Shown: piece after piece, positions 19,163 through 29,713 of the stretch
Numbering within the stretch: the stretch's first letter is position 1
Layout of the letters: every line of letters starts with the position of its first letter
Assembly (NCBI GenBank): GCA_963779755.1
Contig: CAVZZO010000001.1
Coordinates: 544,001-608,000, forward strand
DNA: 64,000 bases
Origin: an uncultured Gemmatimonadales bacterium
GTDB taxonomy: Bacteria; Gemmatimonadota; Gemmatimonadetes; Gemmatimonadales; GWC2-71-9
Direction of reading: 5' to 3'
Notes under the pieces: generated by a model
The model's database searches: none
What the model saw: only the letters and a program-made list of their open reading frames with translations
What the model was told of the DNA's origin: nothing
Position numbers and translations under genes: made by a program

Positions 19163-19969
19163 TCAGGCGGCCGCGATGATGCTCGCAGCCGGCTGGAGCA
19201 GGCGCGCCAATCGCAGGAGTGCTTCGGCTTCCTGGTCCTGGGCGACACGGAAATCGTAGACGTCGCCGACCAGGGCATAATACTCGATCTGGCGCCGCAC
19301 GGTGGCGGAGTCGGGTGCTGCCGCGGCCGCCAGGAGATCGCCGGCCCGGTCGCGCAGCAGACGACTGAGCGGCAGCCCGCCGGAGACGCGCAGTGCCAGT
19401 GCCTGGAGATCGCGCAGCCGGCGGTCCCAGCCGTGGGCCAGCTCCCGGTGCGCCGGATCGGCCAGCAGTCGTGCCGCGGCGGGGGTGAAGCGCGCCCGGA
19501 CCGCCGGCGCGCGCTCCGGAAGAAGAGGGTGGAGGTCGTAGAGCTGCCGGGTGCGGAGGAAGCGGCGGCGCCGGAAGACGAGCATCTCCGCCAGACGCTC
19601 CCAGCTGACCACCACGGATACCGGCTCTTCCCGGCTGTCGAGCAGGACGATGTCGTCGCCTTCGGCCGCTACCGCGGCGAGCCAGTGATCCCACTGGTCC
19701 ACGCAGAGCAGTGTGGGGGTCCCGGCGGCGAGTATCTCCAGCAGGGCGTCCCGGGCCGAGGCCGCGCGCAGATGCCGCAGAACCTGCAGGCGGTAGCCGT
19801 ACAACTGCGCGGCCCGTCCCAGGCCGACCTCGTCCGTGCCCTTCGCCTCGCACGTCCCCGCCGCCCTGCCCAGGTCGTTCTCGTGAGCCACGACCCCGTA
19901 GGTCAACAGCGCATACTTGAGCGCGAACGGTCCGCACTCGTACACGGTGGGTTGGGGATAGAGGCTCAT
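19163..19969 (-). CDS. Stand-alone C39-like (papain-fold) cysteine peptidase
   Basis: Q-x5-CG (QPTVYECGP), DHW and LLDS triad pattern; no signal peptide. Confidence 0.7.
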   Translation of the reverse strand: MSLYPQPTVYECGPFALKYALLTYGVVAHENDLGRAAGTCEAKGTDEVGLGRAAQLYGYRLQVLRHLRAASARDALLEILAAGTPTLLCVDQWDHWLAAVAAEGDDIVLLDSREEPVSVVVSWERLAEMLVFRRRRFLRTRQLYDLHPLLPERAPAVRARFTPAAARLLADPAHRELAHGWDRRLRDLQALALRVSGGLPLSRLLRDRAGDLLAAAAAPDSATVRRQIEYYALVGDVYDFRVAQDQEAEALLRLARLLQPAASIIAAA

Positions 19970-20173
19970 CGGGAAGGCGCCCGCCCAGCGGGTTAGAGGT
20001 GCCCCGGAAACTAGATGGGGGGGCAAGGGGAAGGGAGACCGAAACCATGGTGAAGCGCTTAACATGTTGTGGTGCAACGGATTAGACGCCGGCTGCCCGG
20101 GCCTGATGTGGATGGGAAGTGAGACGTCAGAACCTCTGAGGCGGTCCTGGACTCCACATTCTTCGGATTGGAC

Positions 20174-22294
20174 TCACAGCCCCAGCTGTTGCCGGAGAGC
20201 CCGGAAACGGGGATCGGTCCGGAGCGGATCGAAGGCGGCGGAATGGGCGAGCATGTCAATGTTGATGCTGCCCCAGTCGGCAGTCGCCAGGCATCGAAAT
20301 GCCCCGTCCGGATCGCCGAGTGCAGCCAGAGCGGCGCCGAGCATGAGAGGCTCGGCGCCTGAATTCAGAGCGGTGCGAATAACAGCCCGGGCGCGCTCCT
20401 TAGAACCGGCTCTTGCCAGAGTATATGCAAGGGCACCCGGTCCCCGCGGCGCGTCAGGAAACTCGCGACGGAACAGTTTACAGGTCTCCACCGCCTGCGT
20501 CGGGTCGCCGCCTTCAGCCTGCGCAAACGCGAGCACCAGGTGCGCCTCCGCGGCGGCCTCCATGGCTATGGCCTTCCTTGCAGACTGGATGGCGCGTTCG
20601 TAGTGGTGGAGCAGATACAGGATGAACGCATGTCCCATCCGGACGGCGGGAGAGAGGGGATCGAGCCTGGTGGCGCGCTCGATCTCGAGCAGCGCTTCCC
20701 GGGATTTCCCGAGCCGGAGCAGATGATCAGCGTACCAGTGACGCGCGGTGGCGTAGTTGGGATTGAGCTGAAGCGCCCGGCGAAATTCCTTGCCCGATTC
20801 CTCGCGGCGCCGCTCCGACTCGAGGGAGCGGGCCAGCGAGGCGTGCGCCTGGGCCGAGCCCTCGTCGAGTTCGAGCGCCCGGGACGCAGCCTCCCGGGCT
20901 TCGCGGTGTGACTTGATCCGATCCGCGCGAGCGAAGAGCGGTAACAGAGTTAACGTGTCCGCCAGCCCCGACCAGGCGGCCGCATAGGCAGGATCATGCT
21001 GGATCGAACGCCGGAACAGTCGTTCGGCTTCCTCCAGGGCCTCCGGAGAGCGCCGCGACCAGGCGTGCCGCCCCTGCAGGCAGAGACTGTAGGCCTCCAG
21101 GTCCTCCGTCGGCTCCCAGCTCAGGCGCTCGCTCGAGGCGGGGTCGAGCTCGATCCTGAGTGCGTTGGCGATTGCACGGGCCACCGCCTCCTGAGCTCCG
21201 AAGAGATCGCGGGTGGAGAGCCGGCGGGCGTAAGTGCGCGACCAGAGGAGCGCTCCGTCGCTGCCCGCGACGAGCCGGACATGGATTCGCGCGCTATCGC
21301 CTTCGACCTGAACACTGCCCTCCACCACCGCGTCTACCCCGAGGCGCCGGCTTATCTCCCGAGCGTCGTGGTCTCCGCTCAGAAAGCGGAAGGAGGAGGT
21401 CCCCGCAATCACCTTGAGGCCATCCATCCGGCCCAGGGCGTTCAGGGCCTCTTCCGGAAGGCTGTCGGCGAAAACGGCGCCGCCGGACTGGTCACCCAGC
21501 GCCCGGAACGAGAGCACGGCCAGGGAGCGAATGGGTGACGCGCTTCCATCGTCCGTTGTCTTCGAGCCCGTCCCCACCCTGGCCTGGATCGACGCCATGG
21601 CGTCCCGGGTCTGCGCTGCAGGTGCGAGCTCGTACTCGTCGGCGAGCCGGGTGGCAAAGTCCTGATACAGACGCAGCGCTCCGCCCGGGTCGCCGGTCTG
21701 GTCGAGCAGGAGGAGCAGGCGCCGGACCACCGATTCCTCGAACGGCGAGACCTCCAGCGCGCGGCGCAGAACCAGGATGCTCTTCGCCGGGTCTCCCTGC
21801 GCTTCCGCGGCTTCGGCGGCGCTCAGGGCCGCCCCCACCACCGCGTCCCTGATCCGCTCCCGGTGATCCGTGAGCCAGCGCTCGAAGTCCGAGGTGCCCC
21901 CAAGGTGAAAGCCCTCAAGAAGTTCGCCGGTGTAGAGGCGCAGCGCGTCGTCCCACCGGCCATCGGCCAGGCAATCTTCCAGCTCGATGGCATCGCACCA
22001 CACCCGGCTCCGGTCAATGGAGATTTCGTCCTGGCCGAAGCACAGAACCGGGTCCGATCCGAGGCAGCGGCGCAGCCGGTACATGGCCTGGCTCAGGGCG
22101 GCCCGCGCGTGGGCCTGGTCCAATTGGGGCCAGAGGAGATACACGATGCGGTCGCGACGCGACGCGCGGCTCGAGGCTTCCAGGCAGAGGTACGCCAGCA
22201 GGGCGAGTTGCTTCGGCTGGAGGCAGAGGTGGCCTCGCCGATCCTCGCCATCGGGCTCGATACCCGGCGCCCCCAGGATCTTGAATCGGATCAT
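20174..22294 (-). CDS. SARP/BTAD transcriptional regulator with TolB-N-like and TPR domains
   Basis: ALLAYL...RRDRIVYLLWP wHTH; LYTGELLEGF/FERWL BTAD; SLAVLSF...VEGSV; TPR repeats. Confidence 0.9.
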   Translation of the reverse strand: MIRFKILGAPGIEPDGEDRRGHLCLQPKQLALLAYLCLEASSRASRRDRIVYLLWPQLDQAHARAALSQAMYRLRRCLGSDPVLCFGQDEISIDRSRVWCDAIELEDCLADGRWDDALRLYTGELLEGFHLGGTSDFERWLTDHRERIRDAVVGAALSAAEAAEAQGDPAKSILVLRRALEVSPFEESVVRRLLLLLDQTGDPGGALRLYQDFATRLADEYELAPAAQTRDAMASIQARVGTGSKTTDDGSASPIRSLAVLSFRALGDQSGGAVFADSLPEEALNALGRMDGLKVIAGTSSFRFLSGDHDAREISRRLGVDAVVEGSVQVEGDSARIHVRLVAGSDGALLWSRTYARRLSTRDLFGAQEAVARAIANALRIELDPASSERLSWEPTEDLEAYSLCLQGRHAWSRRSPEALEEAERLFRRSIQHDPAYAAAWSGLADTLTLLPLFARADRIKSHREAREAASRALELDEGSAQAHASLARSLESERRREESGKEFRRALQLNPNYATARHWYADHLLRLGKSREALLEIERATRLDPLSPAVRMGHAFILYLLHHYERAIQSARKAIAMEAAAEAHLVLAFAQAEGGDPTQAVETCKLFRREFPDAPRGPGALAYTLARAGSKERARAVIRTALNSGAEPLMLGAALAALGDPDGAFRCLATADWGSINIDMLAHSAAFDPLRTDPRFRALRQQLGL

Positions 22295-22614
22295 CGTGCC
22301 TCTCTCCCCCATCGCCGGATGGCTGCCCCCGGGCGGTGAGACTTTGGTGAGCTCCACCCGATAAGAATATGCGTCCGAACGCCGAAATCAGGACATCGGG
22401 GGCAGCGGGCCGGGTACCGCACCTCAGCGAGAATCGGCGTCATCCCGGAGACCAATCGGGCAGGGAGCCAGGGCCCAGGCGAGCCGGAACGTCCGCGTCT
22501 CGGCCGATGAGGATCTGCTGGGTTTCTTCTGTCTCCCGGATCTCAAGTCAGAGGGGCGCGCCGGGGGAACCAAGGCGTCCACCCGGCGATCACCTGGAAG
22601 CTAAGGAGGAGGAA

Positions 22615-23742
22615 ATGGCGAACTGGCGAATGCCGGCGTCAGCGTTGGCACTGGCCGCCGTGCTGGTATCCTGTGAGACGAAAATGGTCACCTCTCCGGC
22701 GTCCCTATCGTCCTTCAGGTCGGAGGCGTGCACCGTCGTGCCCGACCGGCACGAAGCGGCGTCGGACGTCGTACTGAACCTGGACCCTACCCGGGGCGAG
22801 TTTCCCGAGGGGATCGCCGTAGACCATCGCGGCGACATCTACGTGGGCCTTCGGTTCACCGGCGTCCTGCTGCGATTCCGGCCGGGAACGGCGTCCGAGG
22901 TCGTGACGCGGTTCGCTGCGGTGGATGCCGACGGAGATCCTCTTCCGGACCAGGGGCTCCTCGGACTGGCCACGGACCACCGGGGGAACGTCTATGCGGC
23001 GGTGGCCTCGTTCGATCCCGCGACGGGGGCACCGGCTTCGAGCCACGGGGTGTGGCGCATCACCCCGGCCGGCGACCGGGAACTGCTGCCCGGCAGCGCA
23101 CAGATCTTCTTCCCCAACGCCCTCACCTTCGACCGCCGTGGCAACCTCTACGTCAGCTCCTCCACCGGACCGCCTACCGGCCCCGGCGCCTTCGAGGAGG
23201 GAGGCGTCTGGAAGGTGGCGCCGGGGGGATCCGCCGCGCTCTGGTTCCGCGGTCCGGAGCTGACGGGGACCGGTGATGTGGCGCCGGGACCGTTCCCCAT
23301 CGGTGCCAACGGCATCGTCCACCACGGGAGCTCGCTTTTCGTCGCCAGCACGGAGAAACGTCAGTTGGTAGAGCTCCCGATCCGACCGGACGGGGGAGCG
23401 GGACCGGCCCGCGTTGCGGCAATTCTGGGTGTGCCCGGCGGGCCGAACCCCTTCGCCGGAGTGGTGGACGGTCTCGGGGTGGACGCGTGCGGCAACCTGT
23501 ATCCGGTGCTCATCGGTGAGAGCCGGCTCGTACGTGTCTCCCCTGACGGGTCCACGATGGAGACGGTGGCCGACGCGCAGGACGGCCTCCAGACGCCCAC
23601 GAGCGTCGCCTTCGGTGCCGGGAACGGCGCCACCGATGTCTTCATCGCCGAGTTCGCCGCCCTGGCCCCGCTGCTGGGCCAGCAGCCCGACCCGAAGGTG
23701 GTCAGGGTGCGCGTGGGGGTTCCGGGGCCGGACGCTCGATGA
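22615..23742 (+). CDS. SMP-30/gluconolactonase-like beta-propeller lipoprotein (paralog 1)
   Basis: FPEGIA, FPNALTFD, GANGI, DGLGVD metal-ligand blades; lipobox LVSC; AAGGAGG RBS. Confidence 0.85.
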   Translation: MANWRMPASALALAAVLVSCETKMVTSPASLSSFRSEACTVVPDRHEAASDVVLNLDPTRGEFPEGIAVDHRGDIYVGLRFTGVLLRFRPGTASEVVTRFAAVDADGDPLPDQGLLGLATDHRGNVYAAVASFDPATGAPASSHGVWRITPAGDRELLPGSAQIFFPNALTFDRRGNLYVSSSTGPPTGPGAFEEGGVWKVAPGGSAALWFRGPELTGTGDVAPGPFPIGANGIVHHGSSLFVASTEKRQLVELPIRPDGGAGPARVAAILGVPGGPNPFAGVVDGLGVDACGNLYPVLIGESRLVRVSPDGSTMETVADAQDGLQTPTSVAFGAGNGATDVFIAEFAALAPLLGQQPDPKVVRVRVGVPGPDAR

Positions 23743-23799
23743 GAGGGGGTGGCGGGGGAGTCCGTGCAACGTCGCGCGCCGCCTCCATCCACCCCTCGA

Positions 23800-23977
23800 A
23801 CGGGGCGCCCCGTCTCCAGCCACAGGAGGGGCGAGGAGCACGTCGCGCCTGTGGCTGACCCCCGGCTCGGTGGCCAGGTAGACGAGGAGGGCCGCTGTCT
23901 GGACTGGAGTGCGACGGGGTCGGCCCCGGCATCCCCGATCGCCACCTCCACGTGGCGAGGGTCTCAATCCGGATCAT
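23800..23977 (-). pseudogene. Frameshifted, truncated N-terminus of a second BTAD/SARP regulator
   Basis: MIRIETL, ALLVYLATEPGVSHRRDVLL and LLWLETG lie in different frames and match the intact MIRFKIL...ALLAYL...SRRDRIVYLLWP. Confidence 0.75.
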
Positions 23978-24047
23978 CGCCTTCCCGGGCGTCCCCAGCA
24001 CATGTTCCGATTGACAATCGCCCTTCCCGCCGCGCTCCTTTCAGCCT

Positions 24048-25049
24048 GTGCTGGCAGCCTGCGACCCGGGCGTTCCCACGGATTCCTCCAGAATCGTTCT
24101 CTCACATGCGGTGGCCATGACGCGCACCTGGGATTCCATCAGCTTCAACCCCGCGGCCGGCGAGTACCCCGAAGGAATCGCGTTCGATCCCCGGGGTCAC
24201 CTGTATGTAGGTCTTACGCGCCTGGCTGAGGTCCGCCGGGTGGACCCGGACGGAACCGTGCAGCCGTTCGCTGCCCTCCTTCCTCTCGACCAGGTCCCCA
24301 TTCCGCCCGATGGTGCACCCGGACTGTTGGGACTCGCGACGAACGCGCTGGGCGACATCTATGCGGCGCTGGTCACCTACGATCCGGCAACACACGGTGT
24401 CTACCGGATCAACGGCCGCGCCGGAGCGGCCGTGCGGTTGCCCGGATCAGAGGCGATCTGCTATCCCAACGCGCTGGTCTTCGATGAGCGTGGGAACCTG
24501 TACGTGACGGAATCGACCCGGATACCGTGCGGCGGCGACCCGACGGTGGGCGCGGTCTGGCGGATCCCGCCGGGCGGCAGCGCCGAACTGTGGGTGGAGA
24601 GCGCCGCGCTGGCCGGCACGGGGGACCTTCCGATACCGGTGCCTATCGGCGCCAACGGGATCGTGTTCCGCCCGGGGGAAGGCGGGCCCGGAACGCTGAT
24701 CGCCGCGAACACGGAGAAGGGCGCCCTGCTCTCGATTCCGGTTCAGCCCGACGGGAGTCCCGGCAATCTCGCCACCCTGGCCCAGGGCCCGATGATCTCT
24801 ACGGTGGACGGCATCGTGCTGGACATCCATGGCGCGATCTACGCCATGGTGATCGGACAGGACCGGATCGTGAAGGTGAGCCCGGACGGAAGCACCTTCG
24901 ACGTGGTGGCCAGCGGCCCGCCACTGGACTTTCCGGTGAACGCCGTCTTCGGGGTTCACGGCGCCGATCGTGGCCGGCTCTTCGTCGCAAACTTCGCCCT
25001 GCCCGCCTTCGGCGGGACCAAGCCGGGAATCGTCGTTATCGAGCCGTGA
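24048..25049 (+). CDS. SMP-30/gluconolactonase-like lipoprotein (paralog 2); signal peptide apparently out of frame
   Basis: YPEGIAFD, YPNALVFD, GANGI, DGIVLD; LAAC lipobox; hydrophobic MFRLTIALPAALLSA starts at 24002 in another frame. Confidence 0.8.
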   Translation: MLAACDPGVPTDSSRIVLSHAVAMTRTWDSISFNPAAGEYPEGIAFDPRGHLYVGLTRLAEVRRVDPDGTVQPFAALLPLDQVPIPPDGAPGLLGLATNALGDIYAALVTYDPATHGVYRINGRAGAAVRLPGSEAICYPNALVFDERGNLYVTESTRIPCGGDPTVGAVWRIPPGGSAELWVESAALAGTGDLPIPVPIGANGIVFRPGEGGPGTLIAANTEKGALLSIPVQPDGSPGNLATLAQGPMISTVDGIVLDIHGAIYAMVIGQDRIVKVSPDGSTFDVVASGPPLDFPVNAVFGVHGADRGRLFVANFALPAFGGTKPGIVVIEP

Positions 25050-25084
25050 ACGCCAGGCCGTCTTCACCCCTCCGGGAGGTCTTC

Positions 25085-25666
25085 ATGTCCCTGCAGCCAT
25101 ACGCCCCGGCGGCCGCCCTCACCCTCCTGCTCGCGGTCGTCGCCTCGGGTTGCGGCGAATCTTCCCAGGAGCCGACGGTCGTCGCCTCGGAGGTGGTGAC
25201 CACCCTTGCTGAAAATGCTTCGCTTGCCGGCGGGACCGGCGGAGGCATCACGGTTTCGGCGACCGGCGCCAGTGAGGACGGCCGCACGTTCCGGGGCACG
25301 CTCACGATCACCGGCGCGGACTTCGACCCGCAGATCGGGCCGGTGCTGCTTGTGGGCCTGCACGGCGCCCTGACCCCCGCGTCTCCGGATGCGGAAGCCA
25401 CCCCCACCGAGAGCGTGCCCCTCACCTTCGGCCCGATCGAGCTGAGTTATAAGGAGATGAAAACTGACGAGGACTGCATTCAACTGGAGATGCAGCCGCC
25501 CGCGGAGTTCGATCCGGAGACCAAGACCAGCATCCAGTTCGATGTGTCCAAGCTGACGATGGCAATGCTACCGGGTCCGGCCAGCCTCCTGGCTGACCTG
25601 ATCTGCGCCAACGATCGAGCAGTCGCCGTAGGCTGGAGCGTGGAGGGCTCCGGCCCGGTCGAGTAG
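25085..25666 (+). CDS. Hypothetical lipoprotein
   Basis: GGAGG RBS, lipobox VASGC; two further Cys (CIQLE, LLADLICA). Confidence 0.65.
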   Translation: MSLQPYAPAAALTLLLAVVASGCGESSQEPTVVASEVVTTLAENASLAGGTGGGITVSATGASEDGRTFRGTLTITGADFDPQIGPVLLVGLHGALTPASPDAEATPTESVPLTFGPIELSYKEMKTDEDCIQLEMQPPAEFDPETKTSIQFDVSKLTMAMLPGPASLLADLICANDRAVAVGWSVEGSGPVE

Positions 25667-25686
25667 TTGGCCCGCGGCCTTACCTC

Positions 25687-27663
25687 TCACTCCTTTGCTT
25701 CCCACCGGTTATTCCCCCGGTCGACATCGGGCAGCTGCCGGTCGGGATCCAGCTCCACCGAGGTCAGGGGGCTGGTCGACGGGTAGCGCAGGGTGTACTC
25801 CCCGCCGCGCTCCCAGATCTCCACCGGCAGATCAACAGTGTCCGCCGTGCCTCCCTGCCGGGCAATGCGCAGGCGCACCGGCATGGGGAGCGAGTCGTTG
25901 TTGCTGAGCGTGATGAGCGCGCCCTGGGCGGGATCGTCGTGCACGTAGGCCACGCTTTTCACGGCCTGGTCGAGCTGCCACGTACGGACGAACCATCCTT
26001 TCCAGAACCAGCCGAGGTCTTCGCCCGCCGCATCGTTCATGGTGCGGAAAAAGTCCTCCGGGGTGGGGTGCCGGAAGGCCCAGCGCCGGATGTAGGTACG
26101 GAAGGCCTGATTAAAGCGTTCGGGACCCAGAATAACGTCGCGCAGCAGGACCAGGCCGAGTGCCGGCTTGTAGTATTCGACCGCATGGCGATACCGCTCG
26201 GTCACAGCGTCGGCTCGGGTGATGATGGGCGGGGCGGCGGAATCGGTGAGCAGCGGAATGATTTCCTGCGCCGGGTTACCGCCCCTGGGGGCATATTCGC
26301 CGTCGCGCTTGGGGGCGAACTCCCCGTGGTTGAACTCGTCCGACGCGCCGATATCGATGAAGGTGTTGAAGCCTTCATCCATGAACGCGTTCCGCCGTTC
26401 GTTGGAGCCGACCAGCATGGGGAACCAGTCGTGGCCGATCTCGTGGGCCGTGACGGCCCACAGTTGTTTGCCCCGCCCGCGGGCTCCGCAGAAGACGATG
26501 CCCGGATACTCCATTCCGCCCACCGGCCCCGCGACATTGACGGCCACGGGCCAGGGGTAGGGGTACCAGCGGCGGGAAAAGATCTCCATGGCGCCCTTGA
26601 GGTACTCGGTCGACCGGCCCCAGGCGGAATCGCCGGCGCTCTCCACCGGATAGACCGACATGGCCAGGGCGGATTTTCCCTCCGGCAGCCGGACCCGGGC
26701 GGCATCCCAGATGAAGGCCCGCGATGCGGCAAACGCCACGTCCCGCGAGCTCCGCATGGTGAAATGCCAGGTCTTCTGTCGGCTGGTTTGCGGCCTCTTC
26801 GCCTCGGCCTCGACTTCGGATGCGGTGCGGATCATCACGGTGGAATCGCCGGCGCGGGCGCGCGCCAGGCGCTGCCGCTGTTCTGCCGTCAGCACGGAAT
26901 CGGGGTTCACCAGCTCGCCGGATCCGACCACGAGGTAATCGGCCGGTGCGGTCACGCGGTAGTCGAAGTTTCCGTAGTCGAGGAAGAACTCCCCGCTGCC
27001 CAGATAGGGCAGGGTGTTCCAGCCGCGGACATCGTCATACACCGCCATGCGAGGGTACCACTGGGCCAGCTCGAACTCGGGGCCGTTCCTGGTCTGGGCC
27101 CAGCCCATCCGGCCGGTGCGGCCGTGAATGAGGAAGCTGTAGTCGAACAGGAGGGTGACGGTCCCGCCATGCGGTGCAAGCGGCGCCGGCAGGAGAATCT
27201 TCATCCGGGAATCGGATAGCAGGTACTCGGCCTGCGTCGTCTTGCCGCCCAGGAGGACGCGCACGGAGCGGAAGCTGTAGCCTCCGGTGAGCCCCGCCGC
27301 CTCTCTCGCCTGCGCCGGCACCACCCCGGCGGCGGCCAGGGTGCCGCGCGAGCTGTCGGTAAACGCGTTCTGCTCCACCTGGAGCCAGACGTAGCGCAGG
27401 GTGTCGGGGCTGTTGTTGGTATAGTGGAGCGATTCGGTTGCGCTCAGGCGCTTGGCTTCCGGGTCCAGGGTCGCCTGGATGCGGTAGTCGGCCTCGTTCT
27501 GCCAGTAGGATGGTCCCGGCGCGCCGCTGCCGCTGCGATAACCGGTACCGGGATCGCTCAGGAACAGCGGATCAAAGGCCGCGTGTGCGCTGTAACCCAT
27601 GGGTTGCTGGGCGGCGAGCAGGCCGGGAAGGGCAAGGAGTGCTGCGAGCGCGAGAGGTTTCAT
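25687..27663 (-). CDS. M1 family zinc metallopeptidase, exported (paralog of 7143-9056)
   Basis: GGMEYP, HEIGHDW-x-DEG, QWYPR; signal peptide. Confidence 0.92.
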   Translation of the reverse strand: MKPLALAALLALPGLLAAQQPMGYSAHAAFDPLFLSDPGTGYRSGSGAPGPSYWQNEADYRIQATLDPEAKRLSATESLHYTNNSPDTLRYVWLQVEQNAFTDSSRGTLAAAGVVPAQAREAAGLTGGYSFRSVRVLLGGKTTQAEYLLSDSRMKILLPAPLAPHGGTVTLLFDYSFLIHGRTGRMGWAQTRNGPEFELAQWYPRMAVYDDVRGWNTLPYLGSGEFFLDYGNFDYRVTAPADYLVVGSGELVNPDSVLTAEQRQRLARARAGDSTVMIRTASEVEAEAKRPQTSRQKTWHFTMRSSRDVAFAASRAFIWDAARVRLPEGKSALAMSVYPVESAGDSAWGRSTEYLKGAMEIFSRRWYPYPWPVAVNVAGPVGGMEYPGIVFCGARGRGKQLWAVTAHEIGHDWFPMLVGSNERRNAFMDEGFNTFIDIGASDEFNHGEFAPKRDGEYAPRGGNPAQEIIPLLTDSAAPPIITRADAVTERYRHAVEYYKPALGLVLLRDVILGPERFNQAFRTYIRRWAFRHPTPEDFFRTMNDAAGEDLGWFWKGWFVRTWQLDQAVKSVAYVHDDPAQGALITLSNNDSLPMPVRLRIARQGGTADTVDLPVEIWERGGEYTLRYPSTSPLTSVELDPDRQLPDVDRGNNRWEAKE

Positions 27664-27985
27664 TGGGGGAGCGGGAAGGGGAACGGGGGACGTGGAATGC
27701 AACTGTCCGGATAATAGCTCCGTCCTCTTCACGATAGGGAACCGCTGACGGTGGCGGCCGGGCTGAGCTTCCCTCTGCGGCCTGACGGATCGCTCCCTGG
27801 CGAATGGATCCCCATCCACCTTGGGGCGCTCCGAACGCCCGCTCCGGGAAGCCTCAGCCCCGGCCGCTGTCCTTCCCTGCTTCCCGTTTCCCTCTTCCCG
27901 CCGTATTGGTCAGGGCGGATGGTCGTCGGGACTGGGCCGCAGTCCCGAGGCGTGATACCGGCCACCCGGCCCCTGACCGTTGTTC

Positions 27986-29173
27986 CTACGGGTGCGGCGG
28001 TGCCGGCGTCGCGACGTACGGCACGGTTCCGTTGGCCGTCAGGGCATCACCGGTAATCTCTCCCGCGTCGTTGATGTCCCGGGCCGAAACCAGGAAGTCG
28101 CCGAACCCGGTCTGCACCAGATCGTTGAGGTCCTGCATGACGCCGTTCTGCCAGATGAAGGCTCGGCAGACGGCGCCACAGGAGACGCCTACTACCTGCC
28201 GCTGCGCATTGATGCCCAGCGCCTCGCTGATCTCGTCGCCGGGAAGCGTGCCCAGATCCTGGATGCCGTCCGCGCGGGTCCAGAGAAATGCGTGGGCGAT
28301 GAAGCTGCCGTCCTGGTCGCCCGGCGGATCGGAGAAGCCGACCACGTCACCCGCCTCGTTGATCGCCGTCGGGGTATTCCAGGCCACGCCGCCCAGATTA
28401 CCGATGTCGACCGGCTCGCCCTGGCTCCACAGCACCGCGTGCCGCGCGCTGAATTCGCCGACCGCAACATCACAATCGCCCGAGATTCCCACTACCTGGC
28501 CCCGGTTGTTGATGGCGGTGGCGGCGGAGGTGGAATCGCCGGAAAGGGGGCGCAGTTCGTGCGCGCTGCCGGACGCATCCCACAACACGGCGCGGAACTG
28601 GAGCACCTGGGGCGCATGGCAGGTCGGGTCGTGCACCGGCGTCTCCGCCCAGCCCACCACCTCGTCGCGGTCGTTCACCCCGGCGGCGTAGCCGTTCTCG
28701 CCGCCCAGGGTCGGCAGGCCGGTCATCACGCCATCCTTCCAGACGAAGCCGAGGCAGATATGATTGGTCACCGAGGAGAAGAAGGCACTGCAGCTCCATT
28801 CTTCGCCCAGCGTGCCCGTTTCGGCGGTTTCGGAAATCCCGACGACGGTTCCCTGGTGATTCTGGCCGGGCCAGACGACGCTGCTGTTAGGGCCGCCCAG
28901 CGTCTTCAGGTCCTGGATCAGTCCTTCGCGCCACAGCGCCGCGTGCCGGGTCTGGTTATCCGGCAGCAGGGCGAAGCCCGCGAGCCAGTCGCGCTGGCTG
29001 ATACTGTTGGCCCGATTGCTCGTCCCGCCCAGCGTCGCCGGGATCACCTGGATGTCGTATTGTGAGACCATGGGAACCCGGGCAGTCTGGTCGTTCGGCC
29101 TGGTGACCGACGCCTCCCGGCCGCAGCCCAGCACGGCGGCGGCCAGAATCGCGCTGCAGGTGATGTGCCTCAT
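27986..29173 (-). CDS. HAF-repeat (extracellular repeat) lipoprotein
   Basis: Repeats of AINxxGQVVG...HAFLW...DLGTL; lipobox VLGC; AGGAGG RBS. Confidence 0.85.
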   Translation of the reverse strand: MRHITCSAILAAAVLGCGREASVTRPNDQTARVPMVSQYDIQVIPATLGGTSNRANSISQRDWLAGFALLPDNQTRHAALWREGLIQDLKTLGGPNSSVVWPGQNHQGTVVGISETAETGTLGEEWSCSAFFSSVTNHICLGFVWKDGVMTGLPTLGGENGYAAGVNDRDEVVGWAETPVHDPTCHAPQVLQFRAVLWDASGSAHELRPLSGDSTSAATAINNRGQVVGISGDCDVAVGEFSARHAVLWSQGEPVDIGNLGGVAWNTPTAINEAGDVVGFSDPPGDQDGSFIAHAFLWTRADGIQDLGTLPGDEISEALGINAQRQVVGVSCGAVCRAFIWQNGVMQDLNDLVQTGFGDFLVSARDINDAGEITGDALTANGTVPYVATPAPPHP

Positions 29174-29343
29174 GCTGTCCTCCTGTGGTGTGTGGCACGC
29201 ACCGCAAACGACCGTAGCGATCGGCCGGTCACCCGGCGCGCTGCTTCCGGACCTGGAATCGGCGGACGATTCGAGGTCCCAAACCGGCGAGCAGCGCCCC
29301 TGCGGACGCGATACACTCCCGCTTCCCCGGCGGCCGAGGCTGC

Positions 29344-29712
29344 GTGTCCGATCGCGAGTGTCTGTTGGAGCTGAACGAGGAATACGTGCGCGCTTCACTG
29401 GCGGGCGACGTCCGCTGGTACAGCCGGCGGCTGGCCGACGACTTCGTCTGCATCGAGTCCGACGGAACGGTGCTCGACAAGGCCGCCTTTCTGCGGCATA
29501 CGTCCGCGGGTTCCGATCTGGTGCTCTACCGGCTGGAGGAGGTGGACGTGCGATGTTATGGCAACGTGGGACTGGTGCGGGCGACCGGCCGCTGGGTGGC
29601 CAGGGACGGCACCCGCGGCCTCAGCCGCTATGTCGACGTCTATGTGCTGGCGAACGGGGAGTGGCGTTGCGTCTCCGCGCAGGTCACCCGGCCTCCCGAT
29701 GGGAGGCATTGA
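29344..29712 (+). CDS. NTF2-like/DUF4440 protein
   Basis: LADDF...DG..LDK, RYVDVY...WRCVSAQ pattern. Confidence 0.8.
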   Translation: MSDRECLLELNEEYVRASLAGDVRWYSRRLADDFVCIESDGTVLDKAAFLRHTSAGSDLVLYRLEEVDVRCYGNVGLVRATGRWVARDGTRGLSRYVDVYVLANGEWRCVSAQVTRPPDGRH

Positions 29713-29713
29713 G

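Noticed and set aside
19163..19969. RiPP/bacteriocin cluster
   Set aside because: No ABC transporter, precursor peptide or modifying enzymes are visible nearby.
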